DNA of 64,000 bases, taken from positions 344 through 64,343 of the forward strand of contig CABYZG010000006.1 of the NCBI GenBank assembly GCA_902523455.1. The letters are read 5' to 3'. The position numbers and the translations under genes are program-made. Below are positions 16,856 to 25,867 of the stretch, one piece after another. Below the pieces are notes generated by a model that was not told the DNA's origin, searched no databases, and was given only the letters and a program-made list of their open reading frames with translations. Origin of the DNA: an uncultured Pelagibacteraceae bacterium (GTDB taxonomy: Bacteria > Pseudomonadota > Alphaproteobacteria > Pelagibacterales > AG-422-B15). Every line of letters starts with the position of its first letter. Position 1 is the first letter of the stretch.

Positions 16856-17600
16856 TTTCTTTTACTATGTCTCCATCAGCAGTGTGTACATGGTCGTGGT
16901 CATGTTCGTATATTGATAATAATTGTGATGATTTTTCACCAAATAATTCTTTGTAGTGTTTATCACGTGCCACATCTACAGGTGTACCCGAACAGCAAAC
17001 ATGACCATTTAGGCAAACAACATAATCAGTAGCCGACATAACTACATGTAAATCATGAGAAATCAGAAGAATACCACAATTTAATGTTTCAGATATCTTC
17101 TTAATGAGTCCATACAAAGCTACTTCACCAGCAAAATCAACTCCCTGTACCGGTTCATCTAAAACTAAAAGCTCAGGCTTTTTTGCAATAGCTCTAGCAA
17201 GTAGTACCCTTTGGAATTCACCGCCAGATAAGTCTCTGAGATTTCTCGATATTAAATGATCAACACCAGTTAAATTCAAAGCATCATTTATCTCTTGAGG
17301 TTTTAAATCTTCTGTTAAAACCATAAAATCCAAAACCCTAATGGGTAAAGTCCAATCTATTGATACTTTCTGGGGGACATATGAGATCTTTTTAGTGAAC
17401 GTCTGAACATTTCCCTCAATTTTTTTATGAAGACCAAGGACAATTTTTGCTGTTGTTGATTTTCCTGAGCCGTTGGGACCAATAATTGTAACTATTTTAC
17501 CCCTATGAATTTCTAAATTAACATCCTTTACAAGCCATTTGCCGCTCTTCTGAATCCCTGCGTTAGAGATTTTTACAAGGACGTTTGGATTATTGGTCAT
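16848..17600 (-). CDS. znuC: Zinc ABC transporter ATP-binding protein
   Basis: Walker A GPNGSGKST, signature LSGGEFQRV, Walker B LVLDEPVQGVD, and a His/Asp tail. Confidence 0.9.
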   Translation of the reverse strand: MTNNPNVLVKISNAGIQKSGKWLVKDVNLEIHRGKIVTIIGPNGSGKSTTAKIVLGLHKKIEGNVQTFTKKISYVPQKVSIDWTLPIRVLDFMVLTEDLKPQEINDALNLTGVDHLISRNLRDLSGGEFQRVLLARAIAKKPELLVLDEPVQGVDFAGEVALYGLIKKISETLNCGILLISHDLHVVMSATDYVVCLNGHVCCSGTPVDVARDKHYKELFGEKSSQLLSIYEHDHDHVHTADGDIVKENV

Positions 17601-17622
17601 TAAAAACTTGCTATTAAAAATT

Positions 17623-17637
17623 TGTTATATTATAACA
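17623..17637. promoter_or_regulatory. Zur-box candidate in the divergent znuC/znuA intergenic region
   Basis: Perfect palindrome TGTTATA-T-TATAACA, 22 nt from the znuC start and 33 nt from the preferred znuA start. Confidence 0.65.
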
Positions 17638-17670
17638 CTATACTCAATTATTAATGAAAGCAATTATACT

Positions 17671-18744
17671 ATGAAATTACAACATAAATTTGGCCTATTA
17701 CTATCATCTCTATCTTTATTCTCCTTTATTTCTTCTGCTGAGGCTGAACCAAAAGTTGTAACATCAATAAAACCAATACATTCACTTGTAAGTTATGTTA
17801 TGGATGGTGTTGGACGTCCTGATCTGCTTGTTGACGGAAGCACTTCTCCTCACACATTCCAATTGAAACCCTCACACGCTACAATGCTACAAGAAGCAGA
17901 TATCGTTTTTTGGATCGGAGAAGACTTAGAGTCGTTCTTGGAAACACCTCTTGACTCAATTGCTGCCAGTGCAAAAAGAGTAACACTCATGGACTCTGAT
18001 CAGATTGAGCTTCTAAAATTTAGAGAAAAAAATGTATTTGATGATCATCACGATGATCACGATGACCATGATGAACACGAAGATCATGCTGATGGACACG
18101 ATGATCATGACGAACACGACGAACACGATGAACACGACGAACACGATGAACACGAAGGTCACGACGATCATGAAGAACACGCTGACGGACATGACGATCA
18201 TGATGAACACGAAGGACATGATGATCACGGTCACCATCACGGTGAGCACGATATACATTTTTGGCTAGATCCAGAAATTGCAAAAACAATTGTAAGTATT
18301 GCTTCAGAAGAATTATCTGAAATTGATCCTGCCAATAAATCAATTTATTCATCCAATGCTGCGAATGCTATTAATGACCTTGACCAGTTAATAGACAATA
18401 CAAGATCAAAAATAAATAGTGATGCAACATACATTGTGTTTCATGATGCCTATCAATATTTTGAGCAGAGATTTGGTATTGAAGTAATTGGTGCTCTTAC
18501 TGTAAATCCTGAGGTGTTGCCTGGTGCGAAGCAACTTGCAGAAATAAGAGAAGTTATTGAGCATGAGAGTGTTAATTGTTTATTTTCAGAGCCTCAATTT
18601 AACCCAAGTATTGCAGAAACAATTGCAAGTGATACTGGTATAAAGTCTGCCGTTTTAGATCCATTAGGAGCTGAATTGGAGCCAGGAAAAGATCTTTATT
18701 TTGATCTAATAGGTGACATGGCATCTTCATTTGAAAATTGCTAA
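17671..18744 (+). CDS. znuA: Periplasmic zinc-binding protein ZnuA with a very long His/Asp/Glu-rich loop
   Basis: The preferred start is MKLQHKFGLLLSSLSLFSFISSAEA (a signal peptide). The ORF-track start at 17593 would overlap znuC and the Zur box. Cluster A-I SBP fold motifs are present, plus an approximately 70-aa DDHHDDHDDHDEHEDH...GHHHGEHD loop. Confidence 0.9.
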   Translation: MKLQHKFGLLLSSLSLFSFISSAEAEPKVVTSIKPIHSLVSYVMDGVGRPDLLVDGSTSPHTFQLKPSHATMLQEADIVFWIGEDLESFLETPLDSIAASAKRVTLMDSDQIELLKFREKNVFDDHHDDHDDHDEHEDHADGHDDHDEHDEHDEHDEHDEHEGHDDHEEHADGHDDHDEHEGHDDHGHHHGEHDIHFWLDPEIAKTIVSIASEELSEIDPANKSIYSSNAANAINDLDQLIDNTRSKINSDATYIVFHDAYQYFEQRFGIEVIGALTVNPEVLPGAKQLAEIREVIEHESVNCLFSEPQFNPSIAETIASDTGIKSAVLDPLGAELEPGKDLYFDLIGDMASSFENC

Positions 18745-18762
18745 TTCTACAAAATATTTTTC

Positions 18763-19410
18763 ATGAGCTTATTTAAAGCTGACAATCTAGAATCTTTAAA
18801 AGAATTCAAGGATACTGACTATAAATTAGGTATATTGGAGCGTGAACAACCTGAGGGTGCAGGTTCTTTCTTTCAAAAATTAATGAAAAATGACTTTGGA
18901 ATTGAGGGCACTCTTAATTCAATTAATTTGAAAGAAGATTTAAAAAATTTGGTCCAGGAAATAATTCCTAACCAGTTAAGTTCAACTGAGTTTTATAATT
19001 ATTGGCTTGCAGATATGGAAACCGTTTGCAGAATATTCTTACAGATTGAAAAAACTGATACCCTTTGCTTTTGGCTTGGGACAAAACGAGAGTGTAGACG
19101 TTATCATGTTGATAACGTACCAAGACGTCTTTTGGTCACTTATGCTGGACAAGGTACAGAATGGATACAAAATCAGGATGCTGACCGTCTAGCCTATGAG
19201 GCAGGTGAACCAAATGAAAAGATCGTTAGAGATAAAAGTAAATTACATTTCATTGATAAATGGAACATTGCAATATTTACCGGTGGTAGCAATGGTATAC
19301 TTCATCGCACACCTGATTCTGCTCTAAATGGTCCTTCAATATTAATGAAACTTGATCATCCGGAGTATTTAAATTCTGTATATTCTTCAGAAGTTCTTAA
19401 ATTAAATTAG
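18763..19410 (+). CDS. Hypothetical protein, DUF1826-like; probably co-transcribed with znuA
   Basis: 215 aa, 18 nt after the znuA stop with no intervening promoter-like sequence. The motif RRYHVDNVPRRLLVTYAGQGTEW recalls DUF1826, a family often found in Zur regulons (recollection, not searched). Confidence 0.45.
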   Translation: MSLFKADNLESLKEFKDTDYKLGILEREQPEGAGSFFQKLMKNDFGIEGTLNSINLKEDLKNLVQEIIPNQLSSTEFYNYWLADMETVCRIFLQIEKTDTLCFWLGTKRECRRYHVDNVPRRLLVTYAGQGTEWIQNQDADRLAYEAGEPNEKIVRDKSKLHFIDKWNIAIFTGGSNGILHRTPDSALNGPSILMKLDHPEYLNSVYSSEVLKLN

Positions 19411-19411
19411 A

Positions 19412-20035
19412 TTAAATTAAATCAAACTTTTTTTTCTCAAAATCATACGTCTCTATAGATCCAGATCCAATATCATTCCAAACCCCATAAAGCATAATTT
19501 CACCTGACTTTACTTCAGTATTTATAAAGGGATATTTACTTAAGTTCTCTAATGATACGATAATGCTTTCTTTCTCCATGTACTTAACTTTCACATCGTT
19601 TCCTTCACCTGAAATGTTATCGTATACTGGTTTTAGTAACTTAAGCCAATTAGAAATTGATGAGTTATCATCAAAATTATTTTCATGACACATATGATAC
19701 CCATTCTTTATACCTCCACATCCTGAGTGCCCAATTATAATAATATTTTTAATATTTAATGCCGTTACACCAAATTCGATAGCTGCAATTGTTCCGCTAT
19801 GTTCCGTTAATTGACTATAGGGTGGCACTATATTAGCAATATTTCTATGAACTAGCATTTCACCAGCTTTTGATTTGAATATAGCATTCGGATCAACCCT
19901 TGAGTCTACGCACGATATGATCATGTATTTAGGTGACTGACCTTCTTTTGCAAGTCTTTCAAAGTGATCTTTTTGTTGCGCGAAAGAGCTTTCTTTCCAG
20001 TCTCTGTATTTATTGATGAGATCTTTTGGTAACAT
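19412..20035 (-). CDS. Beta-class carbonic anhydrase
   Basis: Zinc-ligand motifs SCVDSRV and GHSGCGG. Confidence 0.85.
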   Translation of the reverse strand: MLPKDLINKYRDWKESSFAQQKDHFERLAKEGQSPKYMIISCVDSRVDPNAIFKSKAGEMLVHRNIANIVPPYSQLTEHSGTIAAIEFGVTALNIKNIIIIGHSGCGGIKNGYHMCHENNFDDNSSISNWLKLLKPVYDNISGEGNDVKVKYMEKESIIVSLENLSKYPFINTEVKSGEIMLYGVWNDIGSGSIETYDFEKKKFDLI

Positions 20036-20039
20036 TCAC

Positions 20040-21968
20040 TTATTTATTTTTTATCCAAATAGGTGAAGACCATGCCATCTCACGCGTAATTTTTGGATAA
20101 TTTTTAGCAGGTTTTTCATCAATTCTAATACTATCATAAGTTGACCAACGACATGTAGGATTTTCGATAGCTCTTGCATAATAAAATGTATTTTGATCAG
20201 GTGTATACTCAGTATCAGTCCAAATTACTTCTAATCGATCAGATCCATAGTTTTCATCGAAAGAACAATTTTCAAAATTTACACTTGCTTTAGTTTCCTT
20301 ACATTTGTTGTTTCTATTATTTATATCTCTATCATCACTACAAATCACGTCGTAAACAACTTCATTTATTTTTCCATTCTCAGACCACCCTTTGATAATT
20401 TGAATTTTGTCTAAAGGTGCACTCAACGTGTCTCTCTCAGCAGTGATATAAAATTTAGGTTGCTGCATCGAACCATTCATTACTGTACTTCCCATTGGAT
20501 GACCATTTTTATAAGACTCAGCTATTGGGTCTAATGAGTTTAGTAATTCTTCGGTACCATTGAAATTTAGAAAAAATCTTAATTTAATTCTCGTACCACT
20601 GGTCGCATACACTTCTTTTTTTTGCATTGCCTCAAACAATGTATCTCTATTATTTTCCTCAGCCCAAATTGCGGCTAGTCCGCCTGGATTATTTACTAGT
20701 TGAGTTAAAAGTAAACCATCCTTCACTCTCACTTTAGATGGTCCAACAAAACTAGTGCGACCTCTGTAATCCCATTCCTCAGTATCCCCAGGATTTGAAT
20801 TATGTGAGTCAGAACTACCAATCATACCAAAATCAAGTGGATTAAAGCCTATTTTATCTTCGAGGGTCAGTCCAATTTTTAGACCATCGCGCGCCATAGA
20901 AGTTTCCTGAATACAAAGAGTATCATTTTCTTTTTTACACTTTGGATAAAACTGCTCAATATCGCATTCTTCATCTGTGCTTCCAAAAAATGTACTGCAC
21001 TCAGAACTTCCTTTATCTTGAAAAATTTCAACTAACGGTTCGTTATCATTTCTGAGTTTCCAATCATCAATTGTATATTTATCATTGTCTATGGTGTGAT
21101 TTGCAAACGCATATCCCCATGATCTATTACCGTTGTGCGGTATTGTCATAAATTCACATGGATGATTGCAGTTTTCTATCAATTTTTTCCACAAATCAAT
21201 GGCAGTATGTGCATCAAACAGCGAATAAGCTTTTTCTGGAACTGTATTATTTTTAAATATGACGTTCCTGTGATTGTATCCACCATCAGGTAATGTAGGT
21301 GAATATTCGTATGCAACGAAAGTTGTAAATTTTCCAGGCTCATAATGAAGATCTGCAGCTTTTATAATTTTATCCCATGTTGATCTTACAAAACGCTTTT
21401 CTTTTTCCTTATCTCCTATTGCTTCGGACATGATACTGACCGGTGGTCGCGCAACAGAAGTATCACGCAGACCAATAAAAAAACGATAGCTAGGAGACTC
21501 GAGTCTTTCACATGTAAGTCGTGACTCATTAGTAATTTCTGGGTCAGCACAACTTTCTTGAAGGCCAAATGTTTCGGCGTGATCAGTAACAGCTGCAAAG
21601 TCAAGTGGTCTTGAAATTTGCATTTTTTCGCCAAACATATTCTGCATTGGTTCACCTTTTGCAAAATTATAAGTCTCTTCTAGGCCGTAACGATTTCCAA
21701 AAATATATGAGTCGAATGATAAACTGGAGTGAACATGAAGATCACCAAAGTATACATTTTTATTTTTACTTGGCTTTTTAAACTCAAATGGTTCAAAAAC
21801 GGTTTGCTTAGTAATATTCTCTCTTTGCTCTTTTGCCTCTTCGGATAGTTTTTGAATATCTTCCTTTGATAAGACAGGTACATTGTATAAGTTGTATAAA
21901 TAAAGAGAACCAATTAAAATCAAAAAACCTAATGTACTGAGTAGAATAATCCAATGAATTTTTCTCAT
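20040..21968 (-). CDS. Membrane-anchored DUF3604-like protein (PHP-like metal-dependent fold)
   Basis: 642 aa. N-terminal TM IHWIILLSTLGFLILIGSLYL, then YFGDLHVHSSLSFDSY, typical of the DUF3604 N-terminus. Confidence 0.6.
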   Translation of the reverse strand: MRKIHWIILLSTLGFLILIGSLYLYNLYNVPVLSKEDIQKLSEEAKEQRENITKQTVFEPFEFKKPSKNKNVYFGDLHVHSSLSFDSYIFGNRYGLEETYNFAKGEPMQNMFGEKMQISRPLDFAAVTDHAETFGLQESCADPEITNESRLTCERLESPSYRFFIGLRDTSVARPPVSIMSEAIGDKEKEKRFVRSTWDKIIKAADLHYEPGKFTTFVAYEYSPTLPDGGYNHRNVIFKNNTVPEKAYSLFDAHTAIDLWKKLIENCNHPCEFMTIPHNGNRSWGYAFANHTIDNDKYTIDDWKLRNDNEPLVEIFQDKGSSECSTFFGSTDEECDIEQFYPKCKKENDTLCIQETSMARDGLKIGLTLEDKIGFNPLDFGMIGSSDSHNSNPGDTEEWDYRGRTSFVGPSKVRVKDGLLLTQLVNNPGGLAAIWAEENNRDTLFEAMQKKEVYATSGTRIKLRFFLNFNGTEELLNSLDPIAESYKNGHPMGSTVMNGSMQQPKFYITAERDTLSAPLDKIQIIKGWSENGKINEVVYDVICSDDRDINNRNNKCKETKASVNFENCSFDENYGSDRLEVIWTDTEYTPDQNTFYYARAIENPTCRWSTYDSIRIDEKPAKNYPKITREMAWSSPIWIKNK

Positions 21969-22013
21969 AATATCTAGTCATAGACAATATAAGGGTATAA
22001 AATTTTTACAAGC

Positions 22014-23156
22014 ATGTCAGAAGGATATATTTTAAAAAAAACTGAAAAATCTCTACCTTTAAATTGGTATTTCAATCAAAAGCAATTTGATAGAGAGATT
22101 TCAAAAGTTTTGTCTAAAGAGTGGTTATATGTTTGCCACGTGGATACTATTTCAAAACCTTTATCTTTTCACACAGTTGAAATTAGCAAATTTAATATAC
22201 TTATTGTTCGTGATAAAGAAGGAGAAATAAATGCTTTTTATAATTCATGTAGTCATCGAGGTTCAATTTTAAAAAAAGAAAAAAGTGGCAAACTAAAATC
22301 AAATTTATTGATTTGCCCATATCATCAATGGTCATATAACGCTAGCAATGGAAATTTAGTTAGAACTACATCTATTATTGATCCTAAAAATTTTAGAAAA
22401 GATGAAAATTGTCTAACAAAAGTAAAAATTAAAGTTTGGAATGGGTTAGTTTTTATTAACATGAATAAAAACGCTAAATGGAATGCAAAAAAAGTATTTC
22501 CAGATTACAGTGATGCTTTTTCTCAATTGAATGTCAGTGACTACCAAATTGGCCATACCTGGAAGAAAAAAATAAAGTGTAATTGGAAAATATTTTGGGA
22601 AAATTATAGTGAATGCTTACATTGTCCCAACCTTCATCCTGAACTATCTGACCTAGTCCCTATTTATGGAAGAAGGTTAGTAGATATTAAAGATGATCCA
22701 AACTGGAAACGTTTTACTCATCATGATGATCCAAAGTACAAAGGTGGAATGAAAAAAGGTACTGAAACTTGGTCAATGAATGGAAGCGCACAAGGTCATC
22801 GAGTAGAGTACTTGGAAAATCAAACCGATTTTCCTGGTTACATTTACATGACTACTTGGCCTTCTATGTTTTTAGCAATATTTACTGACCATATAAGAAT
22901 GGTTCGTATTCTTCCTTTGTCAGAGGAACTTACAGAAGTTACGGCAGAGTGGGTATTTAGAAAAGAAACTCTCAAAGATAAAAAATATTCAATGAAAAAT
23001 GTTGTTGATTTTGCTGTATTAGTCATGAAACAAGATGCAGAAGCTTGCGAACTGAATCAAAAAGGCATACATAATCCAACAAGAAAAAATGGAACATTAA
23101 TGCCTGAAGAGTATGAAATTAAAAGGTTTCACAGCTGGCTAAGAAAAAAACTATAA
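22014..23156 (+). CDS. Rieske [2Fe-2S] non-haem iron oxygenase, alpha-subunit type (GbcA/CntA/Stc2-like)
   Basis: Rieske motif CSHRG...CPYHQW and a catalytic-domain motif FWENYSECLHCPNLHP. Confidence 0.8.
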   Translation: MSEGYILKKTEKSLPLNWYFNQKQFDREISKVLSKEWLYVCHVDTISKPLSFHTVEISKFNILIVRDKEGEINAFYNSCSHRGSILKKEKSGKLKSNLLICPYHQWSYNASNGNLVRTTSIIDPKNFRKDENCLTKVKIKVWNGLVFINMNKNAKWNAKKVFPDYSDAFSQLNVSDYQIGHTWKKKIKCNWKIFWENYSECLHCPNLHPELSDLVPIYGRRLVDIKDDPNWKRFTHHDDPKYKGGMKKGTETWSMNGSAQGHRVEYLENQTDFPGYIYMTTWPSMFLAIFTDHIRMVRILPLSEELTEVTAEWVFRKETLKDKKYSMKNVVDFAVLVMKQDAEACELNQKGIHNPTRKNGTLMPEEYEIKRFHSWLRKKL

Positions 23157-23166
23157 ATTATTCCAA

Positions 23167-24330
23167 ATGAATTCAGTTACACAAAATTATGAGAAGGAAA
23201 TGCTTGAGTGGCGTCATGATTTTCATGCGCATCCTGAGCTAAATTTTGACTTAGATATAACCTCGTCAAAAGTTGCAGATATCTTGAAGAGTTTTGGACT
23301 GGAAGTACATGAAGGCATAGGCAAGACCGGAATTGTTGCTGTTCTCAAAAATGGAAACAGTAATAAAAGTATTGGTATTCGAGCAGATATGGATGCATTA
23401 CCGGTAACAGAGGAAAATGACTGCACGTATAAGTCCAATCACGAAGGTAAAATGCATGCGTGTGGTCACGATGGTCATACAGCAATGGCTCTAGGTGCAG
23501 CTAAATATCTATGTAATACAAAAAATTTTAACGGAACTGTTTATTTTATTTTTCAACCTGATGAAGAAAAAACTCAGGGAGCTCAAGCAATGATAGATGA
23601 TGGGCTGTTTGAAAAGTTCCCAATGGATGAGGTATATGCTTTTCATAATTTGCCTGGTATGGAACTTGGAAGCTTTGCAACAAGAGCAGGAACTATCACT
23701 GCAAGCGAAAGTTTATTTAAAATTGAATTAAGAGGTCAGGGAGGTCATTCAGCCTTGCCACACATGGGTGTTGATACTATTACAGTAGGTTCTCAAATAA
23801 TAACAGCTCTCCAATCAATTGTTTCGAGAAAAATTAATCCAGCTATGAATGGTGTTGTTTCAGTCACAAAATTTGAATCTGATGGTAATGAAAATATACT
23901 ACCTGGTCATTCTATCATTTCAGGTGATGCACGTGCGTTGTCACCAGAAGCTAATCAAATTATTGAACGCAGCATGAAAGATATTGTAGATGGAACGGCG
24001 AAAGCACATGGTGTCGATTATGATTTTAACTACCTCACAAGAACAAACATGACAATTAATTCTAAAGATCAAGCAGCTTTTGCAAGTAAGGTTGCAGCTG
24101 ACCTATTTGGAGAGGATAAAGTAGATGGAAATTGTGATCCAAAATTATTTTCTGAGGATTTTGCCCAGATGCTAATGGTTAAGCCTGGATGCTATATTTT
24201 AATTGGAAATGGAACAGAAGGAACGCATGGACAATCTTTACATTCTTCAAATTATGATTTTAACGACAAGCTTCTTGTCATTGGTTCATCATTTTGGTCT
24301 AAACTTGTTGAAGAAAGACTTAATGATTAA
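23167..24330 (+). CDS. M20-family amidohydrolase (hippurate hydrolase / N-acyl-amino acid amidohydrolase type)
   Basis: 387 aa with MHACGHDGH, FQPDEE and other M20D pattern elements. Confidence 0.85.
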   Translation: MNSVTQNYEKEMLEWRHDFHAHPELNFDLDITSSKVADILKSFGLEVHEGIGKTGIVAVLKNGNSNKSIGIRADMDALPVTEENDCTYKSNHEGKMHACGHDGHTAMALGAAKYLCNTKNFNGTVYFIFQPDEEKTQGAQAMIDDGLFEKFPMDEVYAFHNLPGMELGSFATRAGTITASESLFKIELRGQGGHSALPHMGVDTITVGSQIITALQSIVSRKINPAMNGVVSVTKFESDGNENILPGHSIISGDARALSPEANQIIERSMKDIVDGTAKAHGVDYDFNYLTRTNMTINSKDQAAFASKVAADLFGEDKVDGNCDPKLFSEDFAQMLMVKPGCYILIGNGTEGTHGQSLHSSNYDFNDKLLVIGSSFWSKLVEERLND

Positions 24331-25499
24331 TGATATTTTCTAAAAGTGAGTATATTGAAAGACTAAATAAAGTAAAAAAATCAATGCAAGAAAAGGGTAT
24401 TGATTTATTAGTCTCCCAAGATACAGCAAACATAAATTACCTTACCGGTTATGATGCATGGTCTTTTTATTATGCTCAATGTGTAATTATACATATAGAC
24501 TCAGAAGAACCTTTACTTTTCGTACGTGATCAAGATGCTGGAGGGGCATTTCTTCAAAACTGCTGGTCACAAGAAAATATAATTGTTTACGCTGAAAAAT
24601 ATATACATACATGGCCAAATCATCCTTATGATTATTTGATTGAAATAATTAAAAACAAAAATTGGGATAAACTTTCAATTGGACTTGAAATGGACAGCCA
24701 TTATTTCACGGCATTTTGTTATAAAAAATTATTAGACGGGCTTCCTGATGCTACACTGAAAGATTGTGAGCGCCTTGTGAATTGGGTACGATTTGTGAAA
24801 TCAGATGCAGAAATTGATCTAATGAAAAACGCCGCTTTAATTACTGATAAATCAATGCAAACTGCAATTGATGTTATCAATCCAGGTGTTAGACAATGTG
24901 ATGCGGTTGGAGAGATACAAAAAGCAATGTTTTATGGAACCCCAGAGTATGGAGGAGAATATTCAAGTATAGCAACTTTACTTCCAACTGGAGCTGGAAC
25001 TTCTGCCTCACATCTAACGGCTACGCAGGAAAGATTTGTTAAAGGTGAAGCAACAATAATTGAAATTGCAGGTGTTTATAAAAGGTATCATGCACCACTC
25101 GCAAGAACAGTTCTGCTTGGAAAAGCAGAACAAAAAAAAATTGACGCCATAAATGCAACTAATGAGGCGCTTAATGAGGGTATATCGGCTATAAAGCCAG
25201 GCAATACAGCAGATGACGTTGCGCAAAAATTTTGGGCAGTATTAGATAAATACGATATCAAAAAGGAATCTCGGACTGGATACTCCATTGGAATTGGTTA
25301 TCCACCTGATTGGGGTGAGCACACAATAAACATATCAAAAGGTGATCCAACTATTTTACAACCAAATGTAACCTTTCATATGATTGCTGTTATGCAATTT
25401 GGCGATTGGGGAGTAGAGGCAAGTCACTCATTATGTGTTACAGAAAGTGGCTCAGAAAAGTTTTCAGATTTCTCAAGCGATTTATTCATAAAAGAGTAG
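24330..25499 (+). CDS. M24-family hydrolase (creatinase/Xaa-Pro peptidase/ectoine-hydrolase-like)
   Basis: 389 aa with a creatinase-type N-domain plus a pita-bread C-domain. TAATG overlaps the M20 gene. Confidence 0.8.
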   Translation: MIFSKSEYIERLNKVKKSMQEKGIDLLVSQDTANINYLTGYDAWSFYYAQCVIIHIDSEEPLLFVRDQDAGGAFLQNCWSQENIIVYAEKYIHTWPNHPYDYLIEIIKNKNWDKLSIGLEMDSHYFTAFCYKKLLDGLPDATLKDCERLVNWVRFVKSDAEIDLMKNAALITDKSMQTAIDVINPGVRQCDAVGEIQKAMFYGTPEYGGEYSSIATLLPTGAGTSASHLTATQERFVKGEATIIEIAGVYKRYHAPLARTVLLGKAEQKKIDAINATNEALNEGISAIKPGNTADDVAQKFWAVLDKYDIKKESRTGYSIGIGYPPDWGEHTINISKGDPTILQPNVTFHMIAVMQFGDWGVEASHSLCVTESGSEKFSDFSSDLFIKE

Positions 25500-25629
25500 C
25501 AGATAACTGGGAATGAGCGTCCCTTGTTTTTACTAGAGAATCCATTAAATATTGTATAAAGTAGCGCAATTCATGGAGTTAATTATGGGTATTCATCACG
25601 ATTATAAATCAAAACGTGGGGAGAGAGCA

Positions 25630-25773
25630 ATGGCCAAGCAGCAGAAACGTGAGGCTAAGTTTTCAGATAACACGGATAAAAAAGAAGAAGAAAAGCTCAT
25701 CAAAGAATTAAAAAAAGCAGGGTTGAATAAAGATGAAATCAAACAATTCCTCGAAGGAAGAGCAAAAGGATAA
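25630..25773 (+). CDS. Candidate 47-aa Lys/Glu-rich small protein
   Basis: The ATG is preceded by the SD-like GGGGAGAGAG. Sequence: [47 protein letters not shown]. The ORF-track version starts at TTG 25552. Confidence 0.3.
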   Translation: MAKQQKREAKFSDNTDKKEEEKLIKELKKAGLNKDEIKQFLEGRAKG

Positions 25774-25867
25774 AAAGCTAGACAGCACAGAGAGGCTCGC
25801 TGAGGCACTAAGGCAGAACTTAAGAAAAAGAAAAGAGTTTCAAAGAAGGCAAAAGAAAGAAGATTAA
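25733..25867 (+). CDS. Candidate 44-aa basic small protein immediately upstream of dcd
   Basis: Hand-read [47 protein letters not shown]. Its stop lies 1 nt before the dcd ATG. It overlaps the previous candidate by 41 nt in another frame. Confidence 0.3.
   Translation: MKSNNSSKEEQKDKKLDSTERLAEALRQNLRKRKEFQRRQKKED

Noticed and set aside
17593-17670. N-terminal extension of znuA proposed by the ORF track (start 17593)
   Set aside because: It would overlap the znuC start codon and run across the Zur-box palindrome. The internal Met at 17671 is followed by a textbook signal peptide.
18013-18352. Three overlapping ORFs (18013-18258 -, 18020-18352 -, 18032-18268 +) across the znuA His-rich loop
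   Set aside because: Same repeat-driven artefact. They are fully contained in znuA and their translations are repetitive nonsense.
25509-25531. Possible intrinsic terminator after the M24 gene (GGGA-N7-TCCC followed by TTGTTTTT)
   Set aside because: The stem is only 4 bp, which is too weak to call with confidence.
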